Positions 46,097 through 56,532 are shown, counted from the stretch's first letter. The stretch is 64,000 nt of DNA from an uncultured Gammaproteobacteria bacterium (GCA_965231015.1 OZ246408.1:481237-545236); one strand, 5' to 3'. Numbers and translations: made by a program. The notes: generated from the letters alone by a model not told the origin.

Positions 46097-46181
46097 GTTC
46101 GCGTATATCTGATGTTTTGCGGAGCGTAGCGGAGCAAAATATGGGAGAGCGACGGCAGGAGCGAACCAGATATACGCTGTT
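46094..46181. repeat. attC-like hairpin site
   Basis: AAC-gttc-GCGTATATCTG...CAGATATACGC-t-GTT. Confidence 0.75.
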
Positions 46182-46359
46182 GTGCGAGGGTGAGCGACGA
46201 TAGGAGCGAAAGTGCAACGACCCCGAAGCGTATTTTTCAATATTTTTTCATTCTTTATTATTTTGTTGAAGAATTTTATTATTATTTGGAATTTTTATTT
46301 TTTCGTTTTTCTTTTTCCAAGAGGGATTAGGGGTGAATTGGAAAAAGAAAAACACCTTA

Positions 46360-47840
46360 CTAAAAAAATCCTCTCATTTTCTCAATAGACTGTTTTAGCT
46401 GTTTTATATCGGGTTTTCCATTATCTTTTTGATGATGAATTTGATTTCTCAAAAATGTATGAATAGTTACTTCATTTTGATTTCCTTTCCATGGAGAATC
46501 TTTTGTTTCTTGTTTTTCACTTTGAAAATAATCTATATCAAATTTTTTGATTGCTTTAGTAATGGTTTCCTTTGTTCCGTCTTTTTTTTCTATTTCTTCT
46601 TGTCCATGTTTAAATATTAATTCTTCGTATAATTCGTTGTGATATTCTTCAGTTGCTAACCCAAAAGCAATAAAATTTACTTCGTTAGCTGAAACATATG
46701 GTAAAACTCTTTTTTCTAATTCTAAAATTTTTACTTCTTCATTTTCTTTCTCTAAGCAATGAATTTGAATTTTGCTATTGTCATTATTTAATGTTTGTTT
46801 AACAAAAAGTGGAGAGTGAGTAGAAAATAGAAATTGATTTTTTTCAGAAATTGAAACTATGTGGTTAATAAAATTATTTTGTAAATCTGGGTGCAAATGT
46901 AGTTCTGGCTCATCAATTAAAATCAAAATGTTTTCTTTTGAAATTTCTGCCATTGTTTCTAAAAATAATAAGGAAACAACCATTTCAACACCTGATCCAA
47001 GTTGAGATATCGGCAAATCTAAACTTTCTAATTTTTGAGAAAGAAAAGCACTATCAAAAGGTGCGTTACAATCAATTAGTGAAAGATCTGCTTTCGGTAA
47101 GCCGACTTTTTCAAGTTTTTCGTTTAATGTCTGAAATGTTTTTTGTTGTGATTTTTCGTCAATTTTTTCTAAAACGCTTGTTTCAAAATTATTTTTTTGA
47201 GTTGTAAATTTTTCTCCGTCAAAATCTTCCTTTGTTTCATTTTTTTTATTTCTTTATTAAATCTCCAATTAAAATCTTCAAAAACTGACGAAATGGAAGA
47301 ATTAAACCCTCTCTGTAATTGTTTTTCTCTGTTTTTTGGAAAATAAAAACTTTTTGGCAACCCTTCTGATTCCAAAGGAAAAGATAACTGTCTTTCATCA
47401 AATTTAAATTTTGTTCCTGTCCCTCTTGTTATCTCCCAGCCATTTTCATTATCTTTTTCTCTGTTTGGTAAAACATAATGAGACACAACAACAATATCTG
47501 AAAATGCTTTTTTAGGAGTTGCCCTATCTCTCTTTTTTATTTCCAAGCAAACTTTACTGCATTCAACATCTTGTTTAGTATAGCCGTCAGGTAAAAAGAT
47601 TTTAAAGTTTTCATTAAATTCTAAAATAATCTTTATTTCAACATCTTCGCCTTTATAAAAATCTGTATGTTTTATTCTTCCTGATAAAAAATAAGGAGAA
47701 AGACAAAAATTTATTGCTTCCAAAATAGAGGTTTTACTTGTTCCATTTTCACCAACAAGCAAAGAAAGATTTTTTAGTTCAAAATCTTTTAATTCTTTTA
47801 TGCCTCTAAAATTTTGGATTGTGATTGTCTTTATCTTCAT
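46360..47840 (-). pseudogene. ABC/AAA ATPase (OLD/AAA_15-like), split by a frameshift (cassette 5)
   Basis: IQNFRGI and GENGTSKT in 47169..47840; SQLGSG, LIDEPELHLHP and STHSP in 46360..47016; frames join at the poly-A run near 47240-47247. Confidence 0.75.
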
Positions 47841-47860
47841 AACTTTTTTATTTAAAAAAT

Positions 47861-48943
47861 CTAAACTCCCACAAAATATCTATTCTCTTCTTTTGTGGCA
47901 AAAACTTTTTCTTCTTTTTTCTTGTGTATCGATTCTGTTTTTGGCGTTTGATTCATTTTTTCATTCTTCTGTATTCTTTTATTTCTGATTAAAATTCTAA
48001 AATATGGACATTTTCCATTTATAGACAAATCTTTTTCGTCATTTCCTTTTCTGAATTTAATTATTTCAAACTGATCTGGGTTGAATTTATGTAAAAAAGT
48101 TATCGGTACACCCATAACACCTGAATAATCCAAAGGAATATTTTGTGTTTTATTCACATTAATTCCATGATAATTATCATAATGAGGATACTCAGTTTCG
48201 TTTCCAAAATATTTCTTAGTAAGAGGAATATCTTCGTGTCTTTTAGAAGTATCTAAATTGGTGAGCCATAGACAATTATTTGGGGAGACTATTCTATTTC
48301 CAAAGTCATCAATACGGGCTTCTGTTCCATAAAGCTCATAATGTTCTGGAACAATAAAGCCTGAAATACCTCTACCTAGATTTATTCCTAACCACGCTTT
48401 ACTTCTCTTAATTAATTTAAAAATTTCTTTGTAGGTTATAGCATTAATATTGCCAATAATCAGAAATTTCTTATCATATTTAACCAATTGATCTACGTGC
48501 TCTCTAAATAATGAAAATGGTGGATTAGTAACAACTATATCGGATTGTTTTAATAACTGGATACTTTCCGCACTACGAAAGTCCCCATCCCCTTTAAAGT
48601 GAACAATATCATCTGAACTTGGCTTTGTTTTTTCATCTTGAGCACCTGTATATTCATAAAAAAATCCACATTCAGATACCTCAGTATTAAATAAATTTCT
48701 TTCTTGTTTTTTATAACAAGCCGCTATTAATTTTTTAAGTCCTAGCTCTTTGAAGTTTAAAGCAAAATAATGAAAAAAATTACTAATTTTTGGATCATCG
48801 CAATTACAAAAAACCACTTTGTTTTTAAAATGATCTTTATAATGTTGCAATTCGCTTTCTATATCTGAAAGTTGAGTGTAAAACTCATCACTTTTTGATT
48901 TTTTAGCTTTTTGCAGTAATGTATTTGTTGCATTTCTTGCCAT
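47861..48943 (-). CDS. M.EcoRI-family adenine methyltransferase (cassette 5)
   Basis: MARNATNTLLQKAKKSKSDEFYTQ closely matches the M.EcoRI N-terminus; FCNCDDP, VTNPPFS. Confidence 0.92.
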   Translation of the reverse strand: MARNATNTLLQKAKKSKSDEFYTQLSDIESELQHYKDHFKNKVVFCNCDDPKISNFFHYFALNFKELGLKKLIAACYKKQERNLFNTEVSECGFFYEYTGAQDEKTKPSSDDIVHFKGDGDFRSAESIQLLKQSDIVVTNPPFSLFREHVDQLVKYDKKFLIIGNINAITYKEIFKLIKRSKAWLGINLGRGISGFIVPEHYELYGTEARIDDFGNRIVSPNNCLWLTNLDTSKRHEDIPLTKKYFGNETEYPHYDNYHGINVNKTQNIPLDYSGVMGVPITFLHKFNPDQFEIIKFRKGNDEKDLSINGKCPYFRILIRNKRIQKNEKMNQTPKTESIHKKKEEKVFATKEENRYFVGV

Positions 48944-48970
48944 AATCAAATTTTATAAATAAAATTTTAG

Positions 48971-49806
48971 TTATTTGCTCTTAGTTATCTGTTTAAATAT
49001 TTCACTTCCTAATACTTGAAGAGAGGTTTTTGAAATCTCAATCATAATGTTAAACATCTCTTTTGCATCCCATTTTTCTCCATTGCCTTGTGTATATATT
49101 GAAGTTGCCTGAAGCATAATTGTTTTATCTTTGTGTTTAACAAATTTATTTTTACACAGATTAGTATTAATTGGCATTCCATAATTTGCAGAGGTCAGCC
49201 TATCTAACCTATTTAACATTCCTGAATTGTATTCAAGTGTCACAACCCTTCCATCAGGTCTTTTAATTGAAATAGTTTCTGTTAAAAAATTTGACCCCTC
49301 CAAAAATAAGATATATGGAAAATGGGATTCATATAGCATAAAGTTGGCAATTTCTGATATGTTTTTATGTGATCTTTCTATCGCGTTACCGGCAGCCATC
49401 AAGTCTTGATTGTTGTTTATACCAACTTGATTTCCTTTCAGTATATTTTCAATGTCTTTCCCTTGATGTTTAGCCTCCGTTACAAGTAATACTCTCCAAT
49501 TATCGCTATCGTCTTTTACTTCTATTATTCCGCCATCAGGTTTAATGCTTGAATTTGATACAAAAATAGTTTGTCCTAACTCTGGATCAATTTTCTTTAA
49601 TGCTTCGTTTATTTCTTCCTTTTTTATGCTTGTTCTATATCTAAAAGATAATTGAGGAAATTCTTTTTCAAGTTGTTCAATTACAAGATGTGAAATTTTA
49701 CCAACACTTATATCATGCGATTTTGCGTTTTCTCCAAATATACCAACTACTCCGTGAGATTTTTATGCTGATTTGTTAATCTTTTAGATTGATTCTTTTT
49801 AGCCAT
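48971..49806 (-). pseudogene. EcoRI-family restriction endonuclease with a 1-nt frameshift (cassette 5)
   Basis: MAKKNQSKRLTNQHK, then a shifted frame SHGVVGIFG...IKPDGG...EAKHQG...LMAAGNAIERSHKN; break in an A5 run near 49760. Confidence 0.85.
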
Positions 49807-49995
49807 ATTGTTTTTTGAATAAGTAAGGTGTCTTTATTATAGTGTTTTTTTATAAAAATTTAAAATTCATTTTTTGCGGAAGTATGAAGCAAAAAATACC
49901 ATATATCCCCCTCATTAAAATAAAAATTCCATTCCTTTTTAAATTCTTCAACAAAATTCTTTATTTGAGAAAAAATATTGAAAAATATGTCGCAC

Positions 49996-50083
49996 AACGT
50001 TAGGGCTATACGAAGTTTTTCGACCGAAGGGAGAAAAATTTGGAGAAATGGCGAGCCGAGCCATTTCTCGTATAGCCCTTGTT
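49996..50083. repeat. attC-like hairpin site
   Basis: AAC-gtt-AGGGCTATACGA...TCGTATAGCCCT-t-GTT. Confidence 0.75.
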
Positions 50084-50156
50084 ATACGAGGGTGAGCGAC
50101 CAACGGGAGCGAAAGCGCAGCGTCCCCTTGCGTATGACGCAGGCAGGCGATTTTCG

Positions 50157-50936
50157 TCAGTCCATCTTTTTCATTGGTTTATTGGGATCAACATTATCAT
50201 AATAAAAGTCAAAACCCAGCTCATCAAAAATATTCTCAAATTCTGTAAATACTTGTTCCACCACTTTCTGAAGTTTGGCAAAATTTTGGTACTCACCATT
50301 AATAATGATTTGGAGTAAGTCGTCAAAATGCTCAGGCTTCTTTTTGAATTTCTTTGCTTCTTCTATGAATTTTGCAAATGTTGTATAAGGCTTCTGATTT
50401 AGAAAAGTTAATGTTATTAACATGTAATTGCACATGTCAAATACCAAAAGGGAAATGCCAAGTTTGTTTTTTTTCGTGATAGCATTTAGAACTTTAGCAG
50501 TTGATTCTTGTAGGTCTCCGAAGTGATGAATGATCTGCTTGTGACACTTTTCTTTAAGGTTCTTAACTTTGTAATTGTTGAGACGATCTATAAAAGGTTT
50601 ATTGATGAGTGGAAGTAATTTATCAGAACCGGAAAGAAACCAATCAGGCGTGGGCTCTTTCACTGTTTTTATGTATGAGTCTTTAGTCATCCAAACCAGT
50701 TCAACCAGAAGACCATCACGGATTTTGCCCATGCCCGCCCAGGTTTTACCTCTTGGCATTTCCCGAACAAATGCAATTAACTCTAAATCAGAATAGCCAA
50801 AATCTTCGTTTCTAGCAAAAGAAGCCTGAGCCGCTAATGCAATAAGATTTTTGCCAAACTTCTTTTTGATAAGTGGAACAAGTTCTTTAACTACTTGCTC
50901 TCTTTCTTTATGAGAATATTTTTGTAGACCACGCAT
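50157..50936 (-). CDS. Kanamycin nucleotidyltransferase (ANT(4')-I/KNTase)-like protein (cassette 6)
   Basis: S.AR.ED..YSDLE nucleotidyltransferase motif; length and N-terminus resemble KNTase. Confidence 0.75.
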   Translation of the reverse strand: MRGLQKYSHKEREQVVKELVPLIKKKFGKNLIALAAQASFARNEDFGYSDLELIAFVREMPRGKTWAGMGKIRDGLLVELVWMTKDSYIKTVKEPTPDWFLSGSDKLLPLINKPFIDRLNNYKVKNLKEKCHKQIIHHFGDLQESTAKVLNAITKKNKLGISLLVFDMCNYMLITLTFLNQKPYTTFAKFIEEAKKFKKKPEHFDDLLQIIINGEYQNFAKLQKVVEQVFTEFENIFDELGFDFYYDNVDPNKPMKKMD

Positions 50937-51020
50937 AGTGTTAGATAGTTTATATTAGTATATAAATATTGCTGGGTTTTGACCATCTTAGAAAATCGCC
51001 TGCCGAGTAATATTTCGTAT

Positions 51021-51180
51021 AACGGCCGGCGGCTATGCGACGTGGTCCGGAGACGAGCTTACTCGTCGACGGGCCATGTCCGCATAGCTGACTGTTGTGC
51101 GATGTCGCGTAGCGACGAGCGCAACAAAAGGCGTAGCCGCCGGCCGTTGTGGCGAAGGAGCGAAGCGATTTCGCCACAAC
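51021..51180. repeat. 160-bp hairpin site plus empty mini-cassette, copy 3
   Basis: Direct repeat of 45937-46096. Confidence 0.9.
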
Positions 51181-51296
51181 GTACCTGCGTATGCGATGTT
51201 TGCCAGTGGTATAATTGCACGAAGTGCTTACCACTGGCAAATATGGGTGGAGGCTTGCGGAGGTACGGAGCAAGCCGTAACCGCATACGCAGTGTT
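51178..51296. repeat. attC-like hairpin site
   Basis: AAC-gtac-CTGCGTATGCG...CGCATACGCAG-t-GTT. Confidence 0.75.
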
Positions 51297-51486
51297 AGCT
51301 GATGTATTCCTTTTCTTTTCGACGATAGTCGTTTGTTTTAAAAATTTTCAAATTTCTTTTTCCGTTTTGGGTGGTGGGCAGAGGGGAATTAAAGGGGTGA
51401 ATGCCCGCCACCCAAAACACCTATTTCTGTTTGAGGGAGGGGCAAGAGGGGAACAAAAGGGGTGAATTGCCCCGACCGAAAACATG

Positions 51487-54339
51487 TTATTTGTTTAACA
51501 AATATTTCCTTTCTCGCTGTCTAAAGGCTTCCTCTCCACCTTCAAGAATATCTCTTATATTTTTGTTTATTTCTGGATTTTCAATACTGCCTGATAAATA
51601 GCCTAATTCTTGATCTAGCCTTGCTACGATTATTTGTTCGGCATCCGCATTAACTACTAGATTAGCGTTGTGGGTCGACATTATGATTTGTCTTGATTGT
51701 TTGGCCTTCCGGATGAGTGGGACAAGTTCATTCATTATGAAATTGTTATCAAGGTTGTCTTCAGGTTGATCTATAATGAAAACTTGTTTTGCCGTTGCAG
51801 TAGCTAAATAGACTTTTAGTAAAAGGGTTCCTCTTTGTCCGATAGATAAAATTTCAGTTGCCTTTCCATTTAACTTTGCAATTGCTTTTACTCCCAAGAA
51901 GTCAGCCCATTCAGTGAAAATGTAATATGTGATTCCGCTGATTCCATCACGACTAAAACATTTTTGTTCGCCTAGGTCAGTTTTTTGTATCCATACTGAT
52001 AGATTCTCAAAGGTTATTTCTCGGGGCGTTCCGTCTTCATTTGTGCCAGCTATCATTTTTTTCAGATCAGTTTCATTTGCTACTTTCCGGTTATCCAGAA
52101 AATCATCCAATACACGCTTAGCAAACTTTTTGAAATTAAATTCAATTTTTCCCTCAACTTCAATGCCATTGATAATTTTTTCGAATAGTTCCTTCTCTTC
52201 GGCTGTTGAATCATCGCGTGAATTTTGAAAATCTTTAAATGCTTGTGTGATGGCATTTCGTAGGGCAAGTAATGAATTACTGATTTGTTCCAAGATTTTT
52301 CTTTTCTCCTCATGCAAGTCCACCAATTGTGTTATTGACCGATTGTAATTCTCAAGATCTTTTCCAATGTTGCTTATTTGGCGTTGTAAATTTTCACTGG
52401 CCTGTAATAAGGTATTAACATCTTCCTTAATACCCTGTTCAATAAGTTTCTTTTTTAGAGCAATGATTTCTTCTCTCAATTTAGTCATATCTGCCTCAAT
52501 TTTTGTCTGTAATTCGCTAAGTACTTTTGTCTGTTTGCTGATATTTAGACCCTCAATCTCTTCGTTGTCGGGGTAGTGGTTTTTTAGAATAATGTTGAAG
52601 TTGGCTATTTCTTGTGTGATTGGCAATTCACGAAGGCCTAGCAGTAGTGTGTTTGCTTTTTCTTTCAACTCTTTAAGCTTAAGTCCTTTTTCAGTTTTTT
52701 TATTTATTTCATCAAGTGTCTCCTTTGTTTCTTTTGATGAGAGTCTTTTTTGTTGGTCTGTAAGTTTTGCTAAATAGCTTGCTATCCATTTTTCCAAGTC
52801 TTCGCCCTCGGTATATCCAAGCTCTTTATACCGTTCAATAATGTCTCGGGTACGTTGCTGGGTATTATCAATATCACCAAGTACATCTCGTGCTTTTGAA
52901 GTTAAAACTTCTTGGCCTATTTCGTTAACGTCAATGCCAATCAAATCGCAAACAGTTCGTGTTAGTTCAAAATCATTTGTTGCAATACCGCTTAGCCTTT
53001 CTTGTCCTAGGTACAAAAATGGTAATTCAAGATTTGTTTTATCCGAAAGTTCCTTCTCAAATTCAGACATATCACCATCTTTATCTATCAATGAAGTTTT
53101 GAATGTATAAGAAGGACGTGGCTCTGTTCTTGCTTCATTATCTCTATAATATTCAATAATCTTTTTCTTATTGTTTTGATCTAATTTTAAATGTTCCTCA
53201 TTAAGAAAAGCGAAAGTATCAAGCAGAGCACTTTTTCCACTTCCTCTACCGCCAATTAATGCTATAAGCTCTCTATTTAATAGTATTTCTAAGTCAGGCA
53301 AAACAAAATTTTTACTTCCAGTTAGTTTTATTGAATCAAAATATATTTTCTTTTTTTCTTCGTATGGGTTCTGTTCTTGAATTTTTACTCTTTCCGAAGG
53401 TTCAAATAGTAATTGTTTCAGCCCGTCAAATGTTGGGTTGGATTTAATCCATGTATATCTTTTATTGTCTGGTTCAAATAACTTTTCGTAGGTGTGGGAA
53501 TCTGACCCCCAAATGCATGGTTTAAGGCTTTTAAATTCATTAATGTATTCTTGGGGATTCTCATGCTTTCTTCCAAGACCCCAATTTATCGTAGCTTGAT
53601 TTGAACTGATAAGTACATCAGATTTTTGAATATAAATTTTTCTTACATTATGATCTTGTCCATCCCAAGAAATTTTACTTAAATCTTCATCAGAAGGTAC
53701 ACACATCATATACATGCCTGCAAATTTCGATTTCTTATTAGTTAGTATTTCTGCTATCTGAGTGTGATTTACTACCGCACACTTCATGCCGACAAATAAG
53801 TCAGTATCTGAGTTAAACTCTGCGTGCTCTTTCTTTAGACTTTGACCCAACGTTTCAAGGTTGGGAATTTTTAATTTCCATTTTTCATCAGTGCCTTGAG
53901 GATTTCCTTCATAAATAAAATCTAATTCGTGGAGGAAATTTTCTTCAATATCTGTAATTAAAACTTCATCTGAAAAAATCACATGAAAATTTACTCGGTT
54001 ACCATCTACTAACGTATCAAGGCGAAATTCTACATTTGGGAACAGTTTTATTTTTTTAATTTGCTTAATTTCTTTATCCGTAAATAGTTCAGCAAGCTTG
54101 GTGTCATTATTCAGGTACTCCTGCTTTATCTTCTTATATCCTTCAATGCAGAAGTAATCAGTAATTCCTATAACCGCTATCTGCTTTTCAATGGCAGCTT
54201 TAAAAAGCTTTTTAACATATTCATCGAAGTCATCGCCAAAGCCATTACTTAAATGCGAAAAGGGAGTATGAACCTGTAAATCCCATTTTCTCCAAATCGA
54301 CCCCCTTTGAAACTGATTGTATTTAACTTCGTCAGACAT
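51487..54339 (-). CDS. PHP phosphoesterase + SMC-like ATPase fusion (TrlF/Ppl-like defence protein; cassette 7)
   Basis: WDLQVHTP, ITDY, GSDSH; GGRGSGKS, coiled coil, LSIGQR, IDQPEDNLDN, THNAN. Confidence 0.85.
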   Translation of the reverse strand: MSDEVKYNQFQRGSIWRKWDLQVHTPFSHLSNGFGDDFDEYVKKLFKAAIEKQIAVIGITDYFCIEGYKKIKQEYLNNDTKLAELFTDKEIKQIKKIKLFPNVEFRLDTLVDGNRVNFHVIFSDEVLITDIEENFLHELDFIYEGNPQGTDEKWKLKIPNLETLGQSLKKEHAEFNSDTDLFVGMKCAVVNHTQIAEILTNKKSKFAGMYMMCVPSDEDLSKISWDGQDHNVRKIYIQKSDVLISSNQATINWGLGRKHENPQEYINEFKSLKPCIWGSDSHTYEKLFEPDNKRYTWIKSNPTFDGLKQLLFEPSERVKIQEQNPYEEKKKIYFDSIKLTGSKNFVLPDLEILLNRELIALIGGRGSGKSALLDTFAFLNEEHLKLDQNNKKKIIEYYRDNEARTEPRPSYTFKTSLIDKDGDMSEFEKELSDKTNLELPFLYLGQERLSGIATNDFELTRTVCDLIGIDVNEIGQEVLTSKARDVLGDIDNTQQRTRDIIERYKELGYTEGEDLEKWIASYLAKLTDQQKRLSSKETKETLDEINKKTEKGLKLKELKEKANTLLLGLRELPITQEIANFNIILKNHYPDNEEIEGLNISKQTKVLSELQTKIEADMTKLREEIIALKKKLIEQGIKEDVNTLLQASENLQRQISNIGKDLENYNRSITQLVDLHEEKRKILEQISNSLLALRNAITQAFKDFQNSRDDSTAEEKELFEKIINGIEVEGKIEFNFKKFAKRVLDDFLDNRKVANETDLKKMIAGTNEDGTPREITFENLSVWIQKTDLGEQKCFSRDGISGITYYIFTEWADFLGVKAIAKLNGKATEILSIGQRGTLLLKVYLATATAKQVFIIDQPEDNLDNNFIMNELVPLIRKAKQSRQIIMSTHNANLVVNADAEQIIVARLDQELGYLSGSIENPEINKNIRDILEGGEEAFRQRERKYLLNK

Positions 54340-54342
54340 AAA

Positions 54343-55419
54343 CTATTTGATAAATCGTATTTGCAGGTTGAGTTTGATAAACATTTCGCCGTTTTCTTCG
54401 TAAACTGTGCCGTATCCGTGGCGTGTTGCACTTGGTGATTCCATGCGAGTGTTATTAAACAAGTAATTTCGAAACGCTTCCGCATTATAAAGATGATAAC
54501 AAACGATTTCGCCGTCTTCACGAACCACAATCACTCCACCGTGGGCACGCAAGGTACCGTCCCATGCACTGGCGGGAACCATTCCGAGAGCTGCATTATT
54601 GAGTAATGCTTTGATTTTGTAGGCGTAGTCTTCGGTGGAAAGTTTGAAATTCAAAATTTGCATTTTTTCATCTTGCAAGTGTTGCAATAATTCCGGGAAA
54701 GTTGCGCCTTTGTCAGAGAAATAAGCCAAAAGAACTTCCGCCATTATTTCTGGCATGATCGTGTCGATTTTTCGTAAGTTTCGCTCGAAAACTTCGGAAT
54801 CAATGCCGTGAAACGCAAACGCTCCGCCCGCTTCACGAATTGCGAAAAGGCGATCACGAATTTTTGCCTTTGTATCAATTGTATTTATTTCTTCAATTTT
54901 TCGTTCATCAAGTCCTGTGATTTTGTATGTAAAGTTAGTTGCTCCCGAAGCGTTGAGAAGTGTTGCGGGTGAACCGAGTTTTGATTTGATACTGAATCCT
55001 ATTTCGTGATCTCGTCCGATCGTGTGATCATGGACTTTCAAAATCAAATCTTCTTTCCGTGCATTTCCGGCATTGAGGGTTTTTATTCCAAAGCGTTCAA
55101 AAAGTTCGTCCGCAAGTGGGACGGAAAAGGTTTGTGATTTTTCTTTAATCTCCGCAAATACTTCAACGACTTTCGATTTCAAATCGGAGGTGTCTACGAT
55201 TGTGGTTTCGCCGTCAATGTGCAAGATTTTCACTTTTTCTCCTTCTTGCAATTCGTATTCCGATTTCCCCTCGGTCTCCTCACGGATTATTTTCAAAATT
55301 GGAAAAAAGACCGCTTCGATTTTTTCGAGTTCTTCATCAGCTCCGATGATTTTTTTATCGACGAGAAGTTTTATAAAAGCATAAAACTCGCTCCATTCGC
55401 CTTTATTTCCTGTGATCAT
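54343..55419 (-). CDS. HpaII-family type II restriction endonuclease (cassette 7)
   Basis: MITGNKGEWSE.Y, GFSIKSKLG.PATLLNAS, KLNLQIRF; adjacent to a C5 MTase. Confidence 0.85.
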   Translation of the reverse strand: MITGNKGEWSEFYAFIKLLVDKKIIGADEELEKIEAVFFPILKIIREETEGKSEYELQEGEKVKILHIDGETTIVDTSDLKSKVVEVFAEIKEKSQTFSVPLADELFERFGIKTLNAGNARKEDLILKVHDHTIGRDHEIGFSIKSKLGSPATLLNASGATNFTYKITGLDERKIEEINTIDTKAKIRDRLFAIREAGGAFAFHGIDSEVFERNLRKIDTIMPEIMAEVLLAYFSDKGATFPELLQHLQDEKMQILNFKLSTEDYAYKIKALLNNAALGMVPASAWDGTLRAHGGVIVVREDGEIVCYHLYNAEAFRNYLFNNTRMESPSATRHGYGTVYEENGEMFIKLNLQIRFIK

Positions 55420-56320
55420 AAGTATTGAGTGATTGGATAATTTGTTGAGCGACCGCTTGAATGGCAGTAACCGCAACCGCATTTCCCAGTTGCTTCATTG
55501 CTTTCATGTCTGAAACTGGAAATTCAAAATCATCGGGGAAGCCCATCATTTTTTTACCTTCAACCGGTGAAAGTCGTTTTACTTTTCCTTTTACCATGTA
55601 TGAATCCCAGTTATGGCGATCATCAATTTTTGATCCTCGTCCACCAACACGAAGTGTATATCCGATTTTCTTTTCGCAAGGTGCGCCCCAAATGTCGGAC
55701 ATGGTTTTTTCGAGTTTGATTGGTTCCGGAAATTCAAATTTTATATTTGGATCTTTGAATCCGACCATAAATAGACGGGGTCGGTGTTGCGGAAGCCCAA
55801 AATCGGACGCTTTAACTATTTTGTAATGGAATGAATAGCCAAGATCATCGGTTATTGTTTTTTTAATAACTTCAAAAGTTTTTCCGTCGTCGTGATTCAA
55901 CAAGTGTCGAACATTTTCCAAAAAGAAAGCCGTCGGTTGTTTTTCTTTGATGATTCTTACTATGTCATGAAAAAGTGTTCCGCGAGTATCTGAAAAACCT
56001 TTTCTAAAGCCGGCTTGTGAGAATGGCTGACAAGGAAAACCACCCGTCAAAATATCAAAGTCGGGGATTTCTTTTTCATCTACCTTGGTAATGTCGCCTG
56101 CAAATAATTCTTTTCCTTCCGCAAAAAGGCCTTTTTTGAAAAGCTCAGGTTGGATTTTTTTGAAATTATGCTCGTATGTTTGGCGTGCGTGTTCGTCCCA
56201 TTCACTTACAAAAACGCATTTTGCACCCGCATTGTGAAAAGCCAAATGAAAACCACCTATTCCAGCGAACAGGTCAATGAAAGTGATTTCCCGTTTTTTC
56301 TTTTGAGTTTTCGCTTTCAT
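55403..56320 (-). CDS. DNA (cytosine-5) methyltransferase (cassette 7)
   Basis: DLFAGIGG, GFPCQPFS, ENV, PQHRPR, KQLGNAV. Confidence 0.95.
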   Translation of the reverse strand: MKAKTQKKKREITFIDLFAGIGGFHLAFHNAGAKCVFVSEWDEHARQTYEHNFKKIQPELFKKGLFAEGKELFAGDITKVDEKEIPDFDILTGGFPCQPFSQAGFRKGFSDTRGTLFHDIVRIIKEKQPTAFFLENVRHLLNHDDGKTFEVIKKTITDDLGYSFHYKIVKASDFGLPQHRPRLFMVGFKDPNIKFEFPEPIKLEKTMSDIWGAPCEKKIGYTLRVGGRGSKIDDRHNWDSYMVKGKVKRLSPVEGKKMMGFPDDFEFPVSDMKAMKQLGNAVAVTAIQAVAQQIIQSLNTYDHRK

Positions 56321-56322
56321 AG

Positions 56323-56532
56323 TTATTTTATTAAGTCGTTAATGTCCACTTCAAGTGCTTGCGCAATTTTTGTCATTGTTTCGATTGTTGGGTTTCCGTT
56401 GTTTCCTGATTCTAAAGTAACAATTGTATTGAGTGCGACATCAGCAAGTTTTGATAGTCGGTCTTGCGATATCCCTTTTTCGGTACGGATCTTTTTTAAG
56501 TTCTTACCTATGTTTGCAATGTTTGGTTTCAT
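56323..56532 (-). CDS. XRE-family HTH regulator (RM controller-like)
   Basis: LKKIR..KGISQ..L..., NPTIET..KIA.AL; upstream TTGACC-17-TACAAT and palindrome TGTAATAGTTACA. Confidence 0.85.
   Translation of the reverse strand: MKPNIANIGKNLKKIRTEKGISQDRLSKLADVALNTIVTLESGNNGNPTIETMTKIAQALEVDINDLIK

Noticed and set aside
43762-51180. CRISPR array interpretation of the repeats
   Set aside because: The units are 160 bp and separated by kilobases of genes, with no regular short spacers and no cas operon.
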